This document shows, one piece after another, positions 30,192 to 39,738 of a DNA stretch of 64,000 bases. How positions within the stretch are numbered: position 1 is the stretch's first letter; each line of letters starts with the position of its first letter. The notes under the pieces were generated by a model, which saw nothing but the letters and a program-made list of their open reading frames with translations, had not been told where the DNA came from and searched no databases. The position numbers and the translations under genes are program-made. Origin of the DNA: Ostreococcus lucimarinus (lineage: Eukaryota); NCBI GenBank assembly GCA_000092065.1, contig CP000600.1; one strand, written 5' to 3'.

Positions 30192-30875
30192 TCAGTACGA
30201 GAAGACGTAGAAGCGCAACAAGAGCGTCAAAAATACTACGCCTACGAATATCGCGAGCGGCATGTACTTTTGAATCAGCGCCTGTCTACTCAAATCCCTC
30301 GCCCTTTTGCTATACTTTTTGCTCGCCGCGCTCAAATTCCCGCTCATCGCGCTCACTCGATCCAAACCCTCGCCCTGGGCCATGATATCGTTGATATTCC
30401 TCGTCATGATTTGTTGTATATCCGCCAAATCCGTGTTCAACTTGTTTAAATTCCTCTGCGTGCGCGCGTCGCTGTACAGCGCCTTGGTCCTCTGTATGAA
30501 GGTATCAAACTTTATGAACGCGTACGGTCGCGCCACCGCGTCGACTTCCCGTCCATTTTGTCTCGCAAACTCCTGTTGCAGCTCCTCCAGGTACTGATAC
30601 GCCAACTTTTTCGGGTACGTTCGGTCGCACACGCACAGGTAGCACACGCCGTCGTCGACGACGTAGTGCATCAAGTGTTCGCCCGTCTCGATCGTCATCC
30701 GCGACGGCGGCGGATTCGGCGCGGGTTCGCCCAGCTTTTTAAACAGCGCCTTCGCCTGTCGCTTGCACGTCTCGAGCGCGCGCGACTCGACGTCACCGTT
30801 CGACGTCGAGGCGTCGAGCGATTCCGCGAGCGGTAATCCATCGTTCGCGCGCGCCAAGAGCGTCAGTTTCACCAT
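30192..30875 (-). CDS. SEC22: Vesicle-trafficking R-SNARE SEC22 (longin + SNARE + TM)
   Basis: 'MVKLTLLARANDGLPLAESLD…GVCYLCVCDRTYPKKLAYQYLEELQQEF…RPYAFIKFDTFIQRTKALY…NLNKLNTDLADIQQIMTRNI…' is colinear with SEC22B. The ORF-track extension to 31817 is spurious; the ATG is at 30875. Confidence 0.85.
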   Translation of the reverse strand: MVKLTLLARANDGLPLAESLDASTSNGDVESRALETCKRQAKALFKKLGEPAPNPPPSRMTIETGEHLMHYVVDDGVCYLCVCDRTYPKKLAYQYLEELQQEFARQNGREVDAVARPYAFIKFDTFIQRTKALYSDARTQRNLNKLNTDLADIQQIMTRNINDIMAQGEGLDRVSAMSGNLSAASKKYSKRARDLSRQALIQKYMPLAIFVGVVFLTLLLRFYVFSY

Positions 30876-31271
30876 CGTTCGCCGCGCTCGAGGCGTCGAC
30901 CGACCCACGGGCGCGCGTCGCGTCGATCGTCGAGCGATTCGCGCGCGATTCGCGTCGCGGAGTGTCGCGGCGGCGGCATTTCCGCGGCGCTTCCGCGGCA
31001 CTTTGCGTCGCGAAACGCATTCGTTCGCAGCGTGGACGCGATGAGCGGCGAAGAGGTGCGCGCGAACGCGACGCGCGCGCGCGCGAAGGGTGAACGGTTT
31101 GGCGACGCGCGGGGCGGTCGAGCGCGCGCGAGAACGCGCGCGAACGCGACGAAGGACGAGGAAAGACTGACGATTTGAGATCTGCCACAGTACAACCCAT
31201 TTCTGAATGACTTGAACGACGCCGACGTCGAGCACGACGCGGGATTCGGACCCGAAGGCGCGTTTGCGGGG

Positions 31272-32135
31272 ATGTCGTCGTCGACGGCGACGGCGAAGAG
31301 CGATGACCCGCGAACGATGGCGGAGAGTGGGAGCGTGTTCGGAGGGTCGGCGAGCGCGAACGCGCCGGCGGCGAAGGAGGCGACGCGCGGGTCGATACGC
31401 GAGGACGGAGGGAGCGCGTCCGCGAGCGCGTCGGGAGGGAGTGGGATGGCTTCCGCGTTCGTCGGTGGGACGAGCGATCCGAACGCGGAGGCGCCACAGC
31501 GGAGACGCGGTTGGATTTTTAGCGTTTCGTATTATCAGCAATTTTTCGACGTCGATACAGAGGAGGTGACGAAGCGCGTGTCGAGCGTGTTCACGTCGCC
31601 ACATAAAGGAACGTTTTTGGACGATGTGGCGGGAAATCCTGATCTGTACGTGCCGATTTGGGGGAGCGCGACGTTGGTGTTCTTCACCGCGCTTGGAAGC
31701 GCGTGGGGCAAGTTTAACATGCGTAAGAGCGAGGGCTGGTCGTTCGACGCGAAGTCGGTGAGTTTGAGCGCGGCGTTGATTTATGGGTACGTCTTCTTGT
31801 TCTCGCTCATCGTGCACATGACGTTAACGTGCTACGCGCGCGTCGACAACTTGCGCGTCACCGACGTGTGGTGTCTGTACGGGTACAGCATTCTCGCCTT
31901 CATACCGGTGTGCATCTTAGCCACCGTTCCCGTTGAGTTGTTCCGGTGGTTATTCACCGGCGCGTGCGCCGCGTTGAGCACGTTGTTCCTCATGTCCAAC
32001 GTTCGCAAGCGCGTGTTATCGTCGAGCAAAGGCACGACGTTTGCCGTGAGTTTCGTGAGTTTCATCGGCGCCGCGCACTTCGCCTTTGCGTTGATTCTCA
32101 AACTCTTCTTCTTCCAGTATTACTTCGGGCACTGA
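31272..32135 (+). CDS. Yip1-domain family protein (YIPF1/2-like Golgi membrane protein)
   Basis: 'FSVSYYQQFFDVDTEEVTKRV…PDLYVPIWGSATLVF' followed by five TM helices matches the Yip1 family. The start is the ATG at 31272; the ORF-track start at 31212 is TTG. Confidence 0.7.
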   Translation: MSSSTATAKSDDPRTMAESGSVFGGSASANAPAAKEATRGSIREDGGSASASASGGSGMASAFVGGTSDPNAEAPQRRRGWIFSVSYYQQFFDVDTEEVTKRVSSVFTSPHKGTFLDDVAGNPDLYVPIWGSATLVFFTALGSAWGKFNMRKSEGWSFDAKSVSLSAALIYGYVFLFSLIVHMTLTCYARVDNLRVTDVWCLYGYSILAFIPVCILATVPVELFRWLFTGACAALSTLFLMSNVRKRVLSSSKGTTFAVSFVSFIGAAHFAFALILKLFFFQYYFGH

Positions 32136-32249
32136 TTAGCCACTCACAGCGTTGTAATCTCATAGCGGCGATTAGAATCGATCGACCCGCGTCGTCATCT
32201 CGAGTCGGCGTCTCGAGTCGGCGTCTCGCGCGTCGCATTCCTCATTCCT

Positions 32250-32337
32250 ATGCGTGCCCGTCTCGCTGGACTCGCGCGAACGCTCCCATCACCGCTCGCG
32301 CGCGCGCACGTCACTGCGCACCACCACCTCCGCGCCG

Positions 32338-32368
<31 letters not shown>

Positions 32369-33179
32369 CAAACGTTGTCCCAGAGCTTTGTCCCCAAACC
32401 TCGCGAGCATGGGCAATCGTTCGTCCTCGACGTGGGACGCCACGCAAACGCAAGAAGACTTCATGCGAAACGACCGCGTGATCGTTGTTTCGGCCGCGGA
32501 TGACGTGCTCGGGAGCGAGACGAAGGAAAACGCGCACAAGTTCATCGAAGGGTCGTCGACGACGCCGCGCGGGACGCTGCACCGAGCGTTTAGCGTGTTC
32601 CTGTTCGATGACAGCGGACGGTTGCTGCTGCAACAGCGCGCGGCGAATAAAATTACATTTCCGAGCGTTTGGACGAACACGTGCTGCTCGCATCAGCTGA
32701 CGGGACAGAAACCAGATGAGATGGACGACGCGTCGGCGATCGCGAGCGGGGCGTGCGACGGCGCGAAACGCGCGGCGACGAGGAAATTGAAACATGAACT
32801 CGGTATCGACGCCAAGGACGTGCCGACGGAGAGCATCAAATTTTTGACGCGTTTACATTACTGCGCCGCGGATGAGTTCGCCGAGAATGCGAATCAACCG
32901 GTGGGAGGGACGTGGGGCGAGCACGAGATGGACTACATTTTGTTTGCGAAAATCGCGCGCGCGGGCGAGTCGTTGCCGATGGCGGTAAACGCGGAAGAGA
33001 TCGACGACACGAAGTGGGTGACTGCAAGCGAACTTAAGGCGATGATGGACCAGTCCAGTGGGTTGCGATGGAGTCCGTGGTTTAGGATCATCGCCGAGAA
33101 GTTCTTGTATGCGTGGTGGACCGACTTGGACTCGCTCGACAAGCACGTCGACGTCGAGACGATTCACAAGGTGATGTAG
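32250..33179 (+). CDS. IDI: Isopentenyl-diphosphate delta-isomerase (type I), with N-terminal transit-peptide-like extension
   Basis: 'LHRAFSVFLFDDSGRLLLQQRAANKITFPSVWTNTCCSHQL' and '…GEHEMDYILFA…' match the IDI1 NUDIX-type active site. The N-terminus contains poly-Ser from a (TCG)n repeat. The ORF starts at an ATG. Confidence 0.85.
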
Positions 33180-33469
33180 ACGAGAGGTGCGTATTTTCTT
33201 CGAATGACAACCGCGTGCTTCTTCCTTTTTCAATCTTATGCTTGCATCTCGATGATGACAACTGTGACGGGCGGACTGCACGGGGTGATATCCGGATGAA
33301 CGATTAGTCCTAGCGTTAACTCACGAGTGCGCTCCTGAGAGATGTACGCATAAGTTTTTCTCCTTTCGCGCGTTCCGCTCGCTCGCGCGCGCGTTGCGAA
33401 CACTGACGATTGTTTTCATCCTCTTTAGATTATTAGCTAGCATTAGCGTTACAGCGAGTTGATACATTG

Positions 33470-35296
33470 TTAAACAAATTTGCTCCCAAACAACAACGAG
33501 GCGTTTTCGAGCGTCGCTCTTCCATACGCGTCGAACGTCACATCTAATGCGACGCACCCGGCGTTGCAGAGCTTTTGATTGATTAATTTTTCGAAGACCT
33601 TACCCTTGTTGTGAGAGTTTTCGATTCTGGCCGCCTTTGGAGCGGCCGCCAACGTGGACGGCACAAAGGGAATATCGTCCGGGCCGACGGTACTTCGCTG
33701 CGGCACGGCGAACGGGTCGCTCGACGTCGTCGCGGGCGCCGGCGTGAATGGATCCTTCGACGCTTTAAACGCGTCGAACGGATCGGGCGATACACGAGTC
33801 GCACCAGAACCACTGATGCCAGCGCCGTCGTCAGCTTTCGGGATGATTTTTGCGACGAGCTGTTGAAGAAACAGCGAGTGTCCGACTACGATGACGGCGT
33901 CGTCCGCGTCGTGCAGTCGCATCGTTTCCAGAAAATCGTAAATGCGAGCCTCGACGTCTTGCGCGTTGTCTGAATCCGTCTCGCTCGTCCACCACTGACC
34001 GATGGCATCGTTTGGGTCGAACGCCATGCCAGCACCGAGGCGAGAGGCGGCTTGATCGTTGACGATTTCAGCCAACTTTTTCTTCGCGCGATCGAGAACT
34101 CCATCGCCTTGCTCGATGCCGACCGTGTCCAGACCTCCCACGCCTTTAATCTCTCGAATAGATTGTAAACACACCTGTCTCATCACACCTTGCACCGTTA
34201 ACGGGTGGCTTTGAAGCATAAAGCACGCCGTCTGCACCGCGCGCGTCAGCGGTGAAACGTAGCACGTCGTGCAACGCCCGTACGATTCGCACAACTCTGA
34301 ACCTTCGTTTTCCGCGACCATCAACGATGGCGATCGAGATTTTGGCGACGACGGCGAAGACGGCGGGCTCATCGTCGGCGGCGAAGTACTCGTCACGTTG
34401 GCGTGCACCAACACGCCCGCCTGCGCCTGCGAACACGCCACCGCGGCGCGCCCCCCGAGCGCCTGCGCCTGTTGCACCCCGAACAAGGTCAGCGGATGAT
34501 CGAATCGCATCATGTTCGCGATGTTAATATCTCTCTGCGCCTCATTCCACTTGCTCTCGCCGTGACGAACGTAAAATATTCGTTTCGACGCGCGCGTCTC
34601 GGCCAAGTCTCGCGTCCTCAACGCGACGTGCACCGTCGCCGGCGACGTCGCGCGCTCCAATTTATCGTACATCGGCACCGCCACCTCCGCGCCCTCGTTC
34701 GCCAGCGCGTGCTGCACCGAAACCTGTCCTCGCGCGATCAACGTCGCTCTCTCCACTCCCCTCGCGCCGTCGCCCGCGTACAAATCGACGCACAGCGCGT
34801 CCCCGAACCGCGCCTCGCACCGCAAATCCCGCGTCGTGTTCCACACCGGCGCCCTCGTCCTCGTCGATCGGCTCATCGTCTGCGCTCTCCGTCCCCTGCA
34901 CGCGCCGTCGCCGCCGATCACCCGCATCGCGACGAACACCCGATTCGCCGTCGTCCCTCGCGTCGTCCCTCGCGTCACCGTCGCCGCCGTCGTCCGCCGT
35001 CGCGTCGCGTCCTCCGCCGCGTCGTCCGCGTCCGCGTACCGCCCCGTCTCGCGCGTCGGCGTCGCCCGCTTCGTCCCTCGTCGCAGCGCGCGCTTCAGCA
35101 GCGCGCCCGGCGTCGTCGCGCGCCGTCCTTCGTCGTCGTCGTCTCGCGTCGTCGTCCCGTCGTCGTCGCTCGACGCGCTCGCGCGCGTCGTATTCGCGTC
35201 GTCGCCGTCCGCGATCGCCGTCCGCGACAGCGCGTCGTTCAGCGCGTGCGTGCGCTCGATGAACGATCGACGCAGGCCGTCCCAGGACGACTTCAT
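33470..35296 (-). CDS. Histidine-phosphatase superfamily (phosphoglycerate-mutase-like) domain protein
   Basis: The motif 'RIFYVRHGESKWN' (RHGE catalytic) sits at about aa 260. A roughly 250-aa N-terminal region of unknown function and a long C-terminal region follow. The ATG is at 35296; the ORF-track start at 35377 is GTG. Confidence 0.55.
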   Translation of the reverse strand: MKSSWDGLRRSFIERTHALNDALSRTAIADGDDANTTRASASSDDDGTTTRDDDDEGRRATTPGALLKRALRRGTKRATPTRETGRYADADDAAEDATRRRTTAATVTRGTTRGTTANRVFVAMRVIGGDGACRGRRAQTMSRSTRTRAPVWNTTRDLRCEARFGDALCVDLYAGDGARGVERATLIARGQVSVQHALANEGAEVAVPMYDKLERATSPATVHVALRTRDLAETRASKRIFYVRHGESKWNEAQRDINIANMMRFDHPLTLFGVQQAQALGGRAAVACSQAQAGVLVHANVTSTSPPTMSPPSSPSSPKSRSPSLMVAENEGSELCESYGRCTTCYVSPLTRAVQTACFMLQSHPLTVQGVMRQVCLQSIREIKGVGGLDTVGIEQGDGVLDRAKKKLAEIVNDQAASRLGAGMAFDPNDAIGQWWTSETDSDNAQDVEARIYDFLETMRLHDADDAVIVVGHSLFLQQLVAKIIPKADDGAGISGSGATRVSPDPFDAFKASKDPFTPAPATTSSDPFAVPQRSTVGPDDIPFVPSTLAAAPKAARIENSHNKGKVFEKLINQKLCNAGCVALDVTFDAYGRATLENASLLFGSKFV

Positions 35297-35337
35297 CGTC
35301 GAATTGTGACGGTCTTCGCGTCGCAACGAGACGCGCG

Positions 35338-35856
35338 ATGGCGTACGTCGTCGAGCGGTGCGCGCGGGCGACGTCACCTACGACGACGCCGTCGCGCGCG
35401 ACGCCGTCGCGGCGCGCGATCGAGCGGTTCGTCGCGAGAGACGCGACCTCCGGCGTCGTCGTCGGCGCGTGCGCGTTTTGGACGCGCGACGACGGCGCGA
35501 CGGGATTCGTGAGCGGACTCGAGGTCGACAGAGCGCACCGACGACGAGGCGTGGCGACGACGCTCGTCAGGGCGGTCGAGCGGGAGTGCGCGCGGCGGGG
35601 GGCGACGCGGTGCGCGCTGAGCGTGAACAAGGGGAATCGCGGCGCGACGAAGACGTACGAGAGGTTGGGGTACGTCAGGGACGAGGAAACGCGAGGCGCG
35701 ATGGCGTGGGTGCGCGATCCGTTGGTGTTGGTGCAGCACAGGATGTCGAAACCGATCGGGATCGAAGGCGAACGCGGAGAAGAGCAGAGCGGCGCGGGGC
35801 GGAGCGGAGCGGAAGAGAGCGCGGCGGCGCGCGCGCGGACGGATGGATTAGATTAG
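35338..35856 (+). CDS. GNAT-family N-acetyltransferase
   Basis: 'GFVSGLEVDRAHRRRGVATTLVRAVERECARRGATRCALSVNKGNRGATKTYERLGYV' contains GNAT motif A (R-x-x-G-x-A) and the 'YERLGY' motif B. The ORF starts at an ATG. Confidence 0.5.
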   Translation: MAYVVERCARATSPTTTPSRATPSRRAIERFVARDATSGVVVGACAFWTRDDGATGFVSGLEVDRAHRRRGVATTLVRAVERECARRGATRCALSVNKGNRGATKTYERLGYVRDEETRGAMAWVRDPLVLVQHRMSKPIGIEGERGEEQSGAGRSGAEESAAARARTDGLD

Positions 35857-35872
35857 ATTACAACACGACGGT

Positions 35873-37096
35873 TCACATGCCGCATTTTTTCAACGCTCGT
35901 TCGATGCCTTGCTCCTCGTACTCTTGCTTGGAGATCCAGAACTCGTCCTTGCTTCGCATGATGTCCGCTAAGACGGCGCCGCCGACGAAGACCATGTGCT
36001 TGCGGTGCGCCGGCGCCTCGACTTTCATCTTGAACTTTTTCATCGCCTCTTTGTCGCCGTTCAAGACGTTTTTCAGGTAAAGGCGCTTGATGTCGCGCTC
36101 GAGTCGCGAGGGTAAGCCGGCGTACATGGAGTTCCCGCCGGACAAGACGATGTGTTGATACAGCGACCGTCGATTGTCGATTTCGTTTTCTTGGATGCAC
36201 TTGAAGACGAGGTCGGAGATCCCGTCGCTTTCGACGTCGATGAGATCGGGCTGGAACAAACACTCGGGACCCATGAACCGTTCCGGGCCGAATTTGATGA
36301 CTCGCCCGTCCGGCAGCGTGTACGACGCGTTCGTCGCCGTCGTCTCTCGCGCCAACTGCAAATCGCGCTTGTAGTCGTACGCGACGTAACACAACTCCTC
36401 CTTGATCAAACGCGCCGTTTCCACGTCCGACGTTCGATTCAGCGGGTACCCTCGACGCGTTAACAAATCAATCATTCGCGTCGTCACGTGCCTTCCCGCC
36501 ACGTTCAATCGCTTGGTGAGATGTGGGAACGAATATCCATCCACCACCGGCACGACGTGCGTGACGCCGTCGCCCGAGTCCACGACGACTCCCGTCATCA
36601 ATCCTTGCGCGTACAGCGTCAACACCGCCTGCACTTGGACGTACGCCCCTCGAAACCCATACGTCTCAAACATCGTCGACATCATGCGCTCGCGATTCGA
36701 TTTCGGGTTCAACGGCGGATCCGTGAGCATCACCTTGCACTCGCGCGTATCGCATCCCAAACTCTCAAACGCCCTGTCCCACACCAATCCCATATCTTCC
36801 CAGTCTCGCACCACCCCGTTCGACACCGGGTACGAAATTTCTAAATTCGCGCGTTTTCGCGCCGCCTCGTCCCCGACGTACACGTCTTTCATCGCTTCAT
36901 CGTCGAACGCGTCTTCCTCGTACCGCAGCGTCGGTCGTCCCACCATGCACGGGAACAGCGTTCGCGGTTCTTCATCCCCCGCGTACCCAGCCTTGACGAA
37001 TCCCGTGCCCGTATCGCACACCACGACGTTCTCACGGTTCGTCAGTCCCACCGACGTCGCGAACCGCGCCGGGAGCGCGCCGCTCGCGTCCGTCAT
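35873..37096 (-). CDS. ARP2: Actin-related protein 2 (Arp2/3 complex)
   Basis: 'VVVCDTGTGFVKAGYAG', 'DTRECKVMLTDPPLNPKSNRERM', 'VQAVLTLYAQGLMTGVVVDSGDGVTH', 'RKHMVFVGGAVLADIM' and 'FWISKQEYEEQG' match ARP2 rather than actin or ARP3. The ORF starts at an ATG. Confidence 0.9.
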   Translation of the reverse strand: MTDASGALPARFATSVGLTNRENVVVCDTGTGFVKAGYAGDEEPRTLFPCMVGRPTLRYEEDAFDDEAMKDVYVGDEAARKRANLEISYPVSNGVVRDWEDMGLVWDRAFESLGCDTRECKVMLTDPPLNPKSNRERMMSTMFETYGFRGAYVQVQAVLTLYAQGLMTGVVVDSGDGVTHVVPVVDGYSFPHLTKRLNVAGRHVTTRMIDLLTRRGYPLNRTSDVETARLIKEELCYVAYDYKRDLQLARETTATNASYTLPDGRVIKFGPERFMGPECLFQPDLIDVESDGISDLVFKCIQENEIDNRRSLYQHIVLSGGNSMYAGLPSRLERDIKRLYLKNVLNGDKEAMKKFKMKVEAPAHRKHMVFVGGAVLADIMRSKDEFWISKQEYEEQGIERALKKCGM

Positions 37097-37499
37097 GTCG
37101 ATGAATCGATGGCCGGTGCGATTCTTTGGATTCGGAATTGGAGTTCGTTCGCCGGCGCCGTCGCGTCGCGCGGGGCGCGCTTCGGGCCGTCACTCGCGCG
37201 GAGCGGCGCGATGACGCGCGTGGTCGCGAGCGTTCGCGCGAAGACGAGGCGTCGCGCGACGGACGACGCGCGGTCGAGTGCGGGGCGAGCGAGGCGAGCG
37301 AGGCGAGCGCGAACGACGAATCGGAGACTCGACGTGATTCATTAAAGAGTCGACTCGCGTGGTGCGAGTCATACCTTATGAATGATATGACGACTAATGG
37401 TGCACGGCAACGAAACGTCGAACGAGCGTCGTCGCGCGCTCGACGTAGGAGGGAGGAGAAATGAAAAGCCAATCAAATCAATCGCAACCTTTCGCCACG

Positions 37500-38495
37500 T
37501 TACGGTTCGCCTTCGGCGTTCTCGGATGGTTGCTCCGACGACGCCGAGTCCACGGATCCAATCATGCTGTTCAACGAGCTCACGTCGACCTCGTCCGAAC
37601 CGAGGGCGGTGATTCGCAACTTGTTGTAGTCGTCGTCGGTGGCGCCAAACGTCTCCTTCAACTTGAGTTGCACCTCAGCCCCGTGCGCCTTGTCGATGAA
37701 CTCGTCCAAGTCAGCGAGGTACATCAACTTGGCAAACTTCCCCGCACCGTCGATCTTGCGCTCCATGCCAGATTGCGTCAAACCCGCCAAGTTGGTCATG
37801 AGAGTGCCGTACTTTTTGAACATTCGCTCACCCGTCTCCAATAAGATTTCCTTCATCTCTTCGCTATCCAACCCGCACGCACCCTTGAGCGCCAACACAT
37901 CCGCGACGAAGTCGAGCGTGAACGCCTCTTCCGTGAGCTTGTACCTGAGATACTTGCGGAAGATCTCCGCCGAGGAGTATCCCGTCTTCAACGCGAGACC
38001 TCGCACGACGCCCTTGTTCACGCTCGAGCGCTCGTTGGGGAAAAAGTTCTTCAACCGCTCCACGACCTCCACGTTCTTATTCACCGTCCTCTTCCGTCGC
38101 ATTCGCCCGCTCGTCGCCTTTCGAAACACCTTATAGCACGAGTACGCGAACGTGCTCGCCAAGAAGAAGAACCCCAACGCGCCGAGGTTTCGCAACCCCG
38201 GATTCTCGCTCGCCGCGCGCACGCCCTCGGTCACCCTCCCCAGCACCGTGAGCTCCTCCACCTCCTCTTCCGCGATCTCTTCCTTCAATTCATCGATCGT
38301 CAGCCGCTCTCGCGCGCCCGGCGCGTCCCCGTCCGCGTCCGCGTCCCCGTCCCCGTCCCCGCGCGTCTCGTCCCGCGTCCCCGTCTCGCGTCGTCCCTCG
38401 CCCGCGTCCTCCGCGCGCGCGCCTGCGTCCGCATCGAGTCCCACTCGCGCGTCGTCGCGCGTCTCGCGCGTCTTCGTCGCGCGCGCCTTCGCCAT
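37500..38495 (-). CDS. Hypothetical single-pass membrane protein (acidic N-terminal region, TM 'LGALGFFFLASTFAYSCY', conserved-looking C-terminal domain)
   Basis: The ORF has varied, non-repetitive composition over its last roughly 330 aa ('…DFVADVLALKGACGLDSEEMKEILLETGERMFKKYG…'). I moved the start to the ATG of 'MAKARATK' (38495). The upstream part of the ORF-track entry is R/S/A-rich and contains the duplicated DNA motif, so it is likely non-coding. Confidence 0.4.
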   Translation of the reverse strand: MAKARATKTRETRDDARVGLDADAGARAEDAGEGRRETGTRDETRGDGDGDADADGDAPGARERLTIDELKEEIAEEEVEELTVLGRVTEGVRAASENPGLRNLGALGFFFLASTFAYSCYKVFRKATSGRMRRKRTVNKNVEVVERLKNFFPNERSSVNKGVVRGLALKTGYSSAEIFRKYLRYKLTEEAFTLDFVADVLALKGACGLDSEEMKEILLETGERMFKKYGTLMTNLAGLTQSGMERKIDGAGKFAKLMYLADLDEFIDKAHGAEVQLKLKETFGATDDDYNKLRITALGSDEVDVSSLNSMIGSVDSASSEQPSENAEGEP

Positions 38496-38713
38496 CGCGA
38501 CGACGCGCCGTCGCGCCGATCGCGTCGACCCTCGCCGCGCGTCTCGCGCGCGCGGCGTCGCGCCGACGCGTCGCGACGCCGTCGCGATCGGCCGAAGCAT
38601 CGCGACGTCCGCGCCGATCGCTGTTCGCGAGATCGGTCGTCGCGTCGCGCGCGTCGCCGTGTGCGACGCGCGCGCGACGACCGATCGGGGATCGACGATT
38701 CGGAGAGCGACGT

Positions 38714-38740
38714 GCGGTCGGTCGCGTATGGGTAAACAGT
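38714..38740. repeat. 27-nt motif GCGGTCGGTCGCGTATGGGTAAACAGT, copy A (identical copy at 48512..48538)
   Basis: Exact 27/27 identity is read directly. It lies in the divergent promoter between the 37500 gene (minus strand) and SF3A2 (plus strand), with nearby GTAAACAG/TAACAG repeats. Confidence 0.8.
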
Positions 38741-38883
38741 GCGGGGTGTAATAACAGTGCGTCCCGATTCGCGATTCGCGCGCGCGACGCCCGCCGCGAC
38801 ACCGCGCCTCGCGTCGCGTCGCGCGCGGCCGAGACCGAGACCGAACCGCGAGACCTCGTAAACAGGGCGACGGACCCGCCGTC

Positions 38884-39645
38884 ATGTCGTTCATGGACGC
38901 GCGCGAGCACGGGTCGAAGATCGGCGGCGGGGGCGTGGCGTCGGCGAGCCAGGGCGCGGTGGATCGGCGCGAGCGCCTGCGACGGTTGGCGCTGGAGACG
39001 ATCGATCTGGCGAAAGATCCGTACTTCATGCGGAATCATCTCGGGTCGTACGAGTGCAAGCTGTGCCTGACGATGCACGCGAACGAGGGGAATTACCTGG
39101 CGCACACGCAGGGGAAGCGACACCAACAAAATTTGGCGAAACGCGCGGCGAGGGACGCGAAGGACGCGGACGCGAGCTTCGGGAAGTCGAAAACGGCGAC
39201 GATACAGCCGAGGAAGACGATGAAGATCGGACGACCCGGGTACAGGGTGACGAAACAGTACGATAGAAGGACGCGACAGCGGAGCCTGTTGTTTCAGGTG
39301 GACTACCCCGAACGCGAGCTCGGAACCAAGCCGAGGTATCGGTTCATGTCGGCGTACGAACAGAAAGTCGAGGCGTGGGATAAGCGGTATCAGTACGTGC
39401 TGTTCGCGTGCGAACCGTACGAGACGATTGGGTTCAAAATTCCAAACGTGGACGTGGACAAGGCGGGACGGGATAAATTTTTCACGCACTGGGACGAGGA
39501 CGTCAAGACGTACACGTGTCAGTTGACGTTTCGTCGCGTCGACGGCGACGGCGCGCCCCGCGGCGGTGGAATGCCGCGCGGTGGCATACCGCCGCCGCCG
39601 ATGGTGGGCGGATTACCGCCGCCGCCGCCGCCGCCGGTTCGCTGA
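38884..39645 (+). CDS. SF3A2: Splicing factor 3A subunit 2 (SF3a66/PRP11), C2H2 matrin-type zinc finger, Pro-rich tail
   Basis: 'RRERLRRLALETIDLAKDPYFMRNHLGSYECKLCLTMHANEGNYLAHTQGKRHQQNLAKRAA' and '…KIGRPGYRVTKQYD…SLLFQVDYPE…RFMSAYEQKVE…' are near-identical in pattern to SF3A2. The ORF starts at an ATG. Confidence 0.9.
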   Translation: MSFMDAREHGSKIGGGGVASASQGAVDRRERLRRLALETIDLAKDPYFMRNHLGSYECKLCLTMHANEGNYLAHTQGKRHQQNLAKRAARDAKDADASFGKSKTATIQPRKTMKIGRPGYRVTKQYDRRTRQRSLLFQVDYPERELGTKPRYRFMSAYEQKVEAWDKRYQYVLFACEPYETIGFKIPNVDVDKAGRDKFFTHWDEDVKTYTCQLTFRRVDGDGAPRGGGMPRGGIPPPPMVGGLPPPPPPPVR

Positions 39646-39738
39646 GACGCCCGCTCGAGGGCGATTTTAGAGTATAGTTTACGGATTGCAAGTAGAGAGT
39701 GTAGCGTCCGCGCGTCGCGCGCATCGAGGACAACGATC

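Noticed and set aside
30876-31817. Upstream 314 aa of the 541-aa SEC22 ORF
   Set aside because: SEC22 homology starts exactly at the internal ATG (MVKLTLL…). The upstream part is Arg-rich read-through across the SEC22/Yip1 promoter.
37097-37499. Possible inverted repeat 'gagactcgacg…agtcgactcgcg' in the ARP2 promoter
   Set aside because: The arms are short and imperfect, so I cannot distinguish it from chance GTCGAC-rich sequence.
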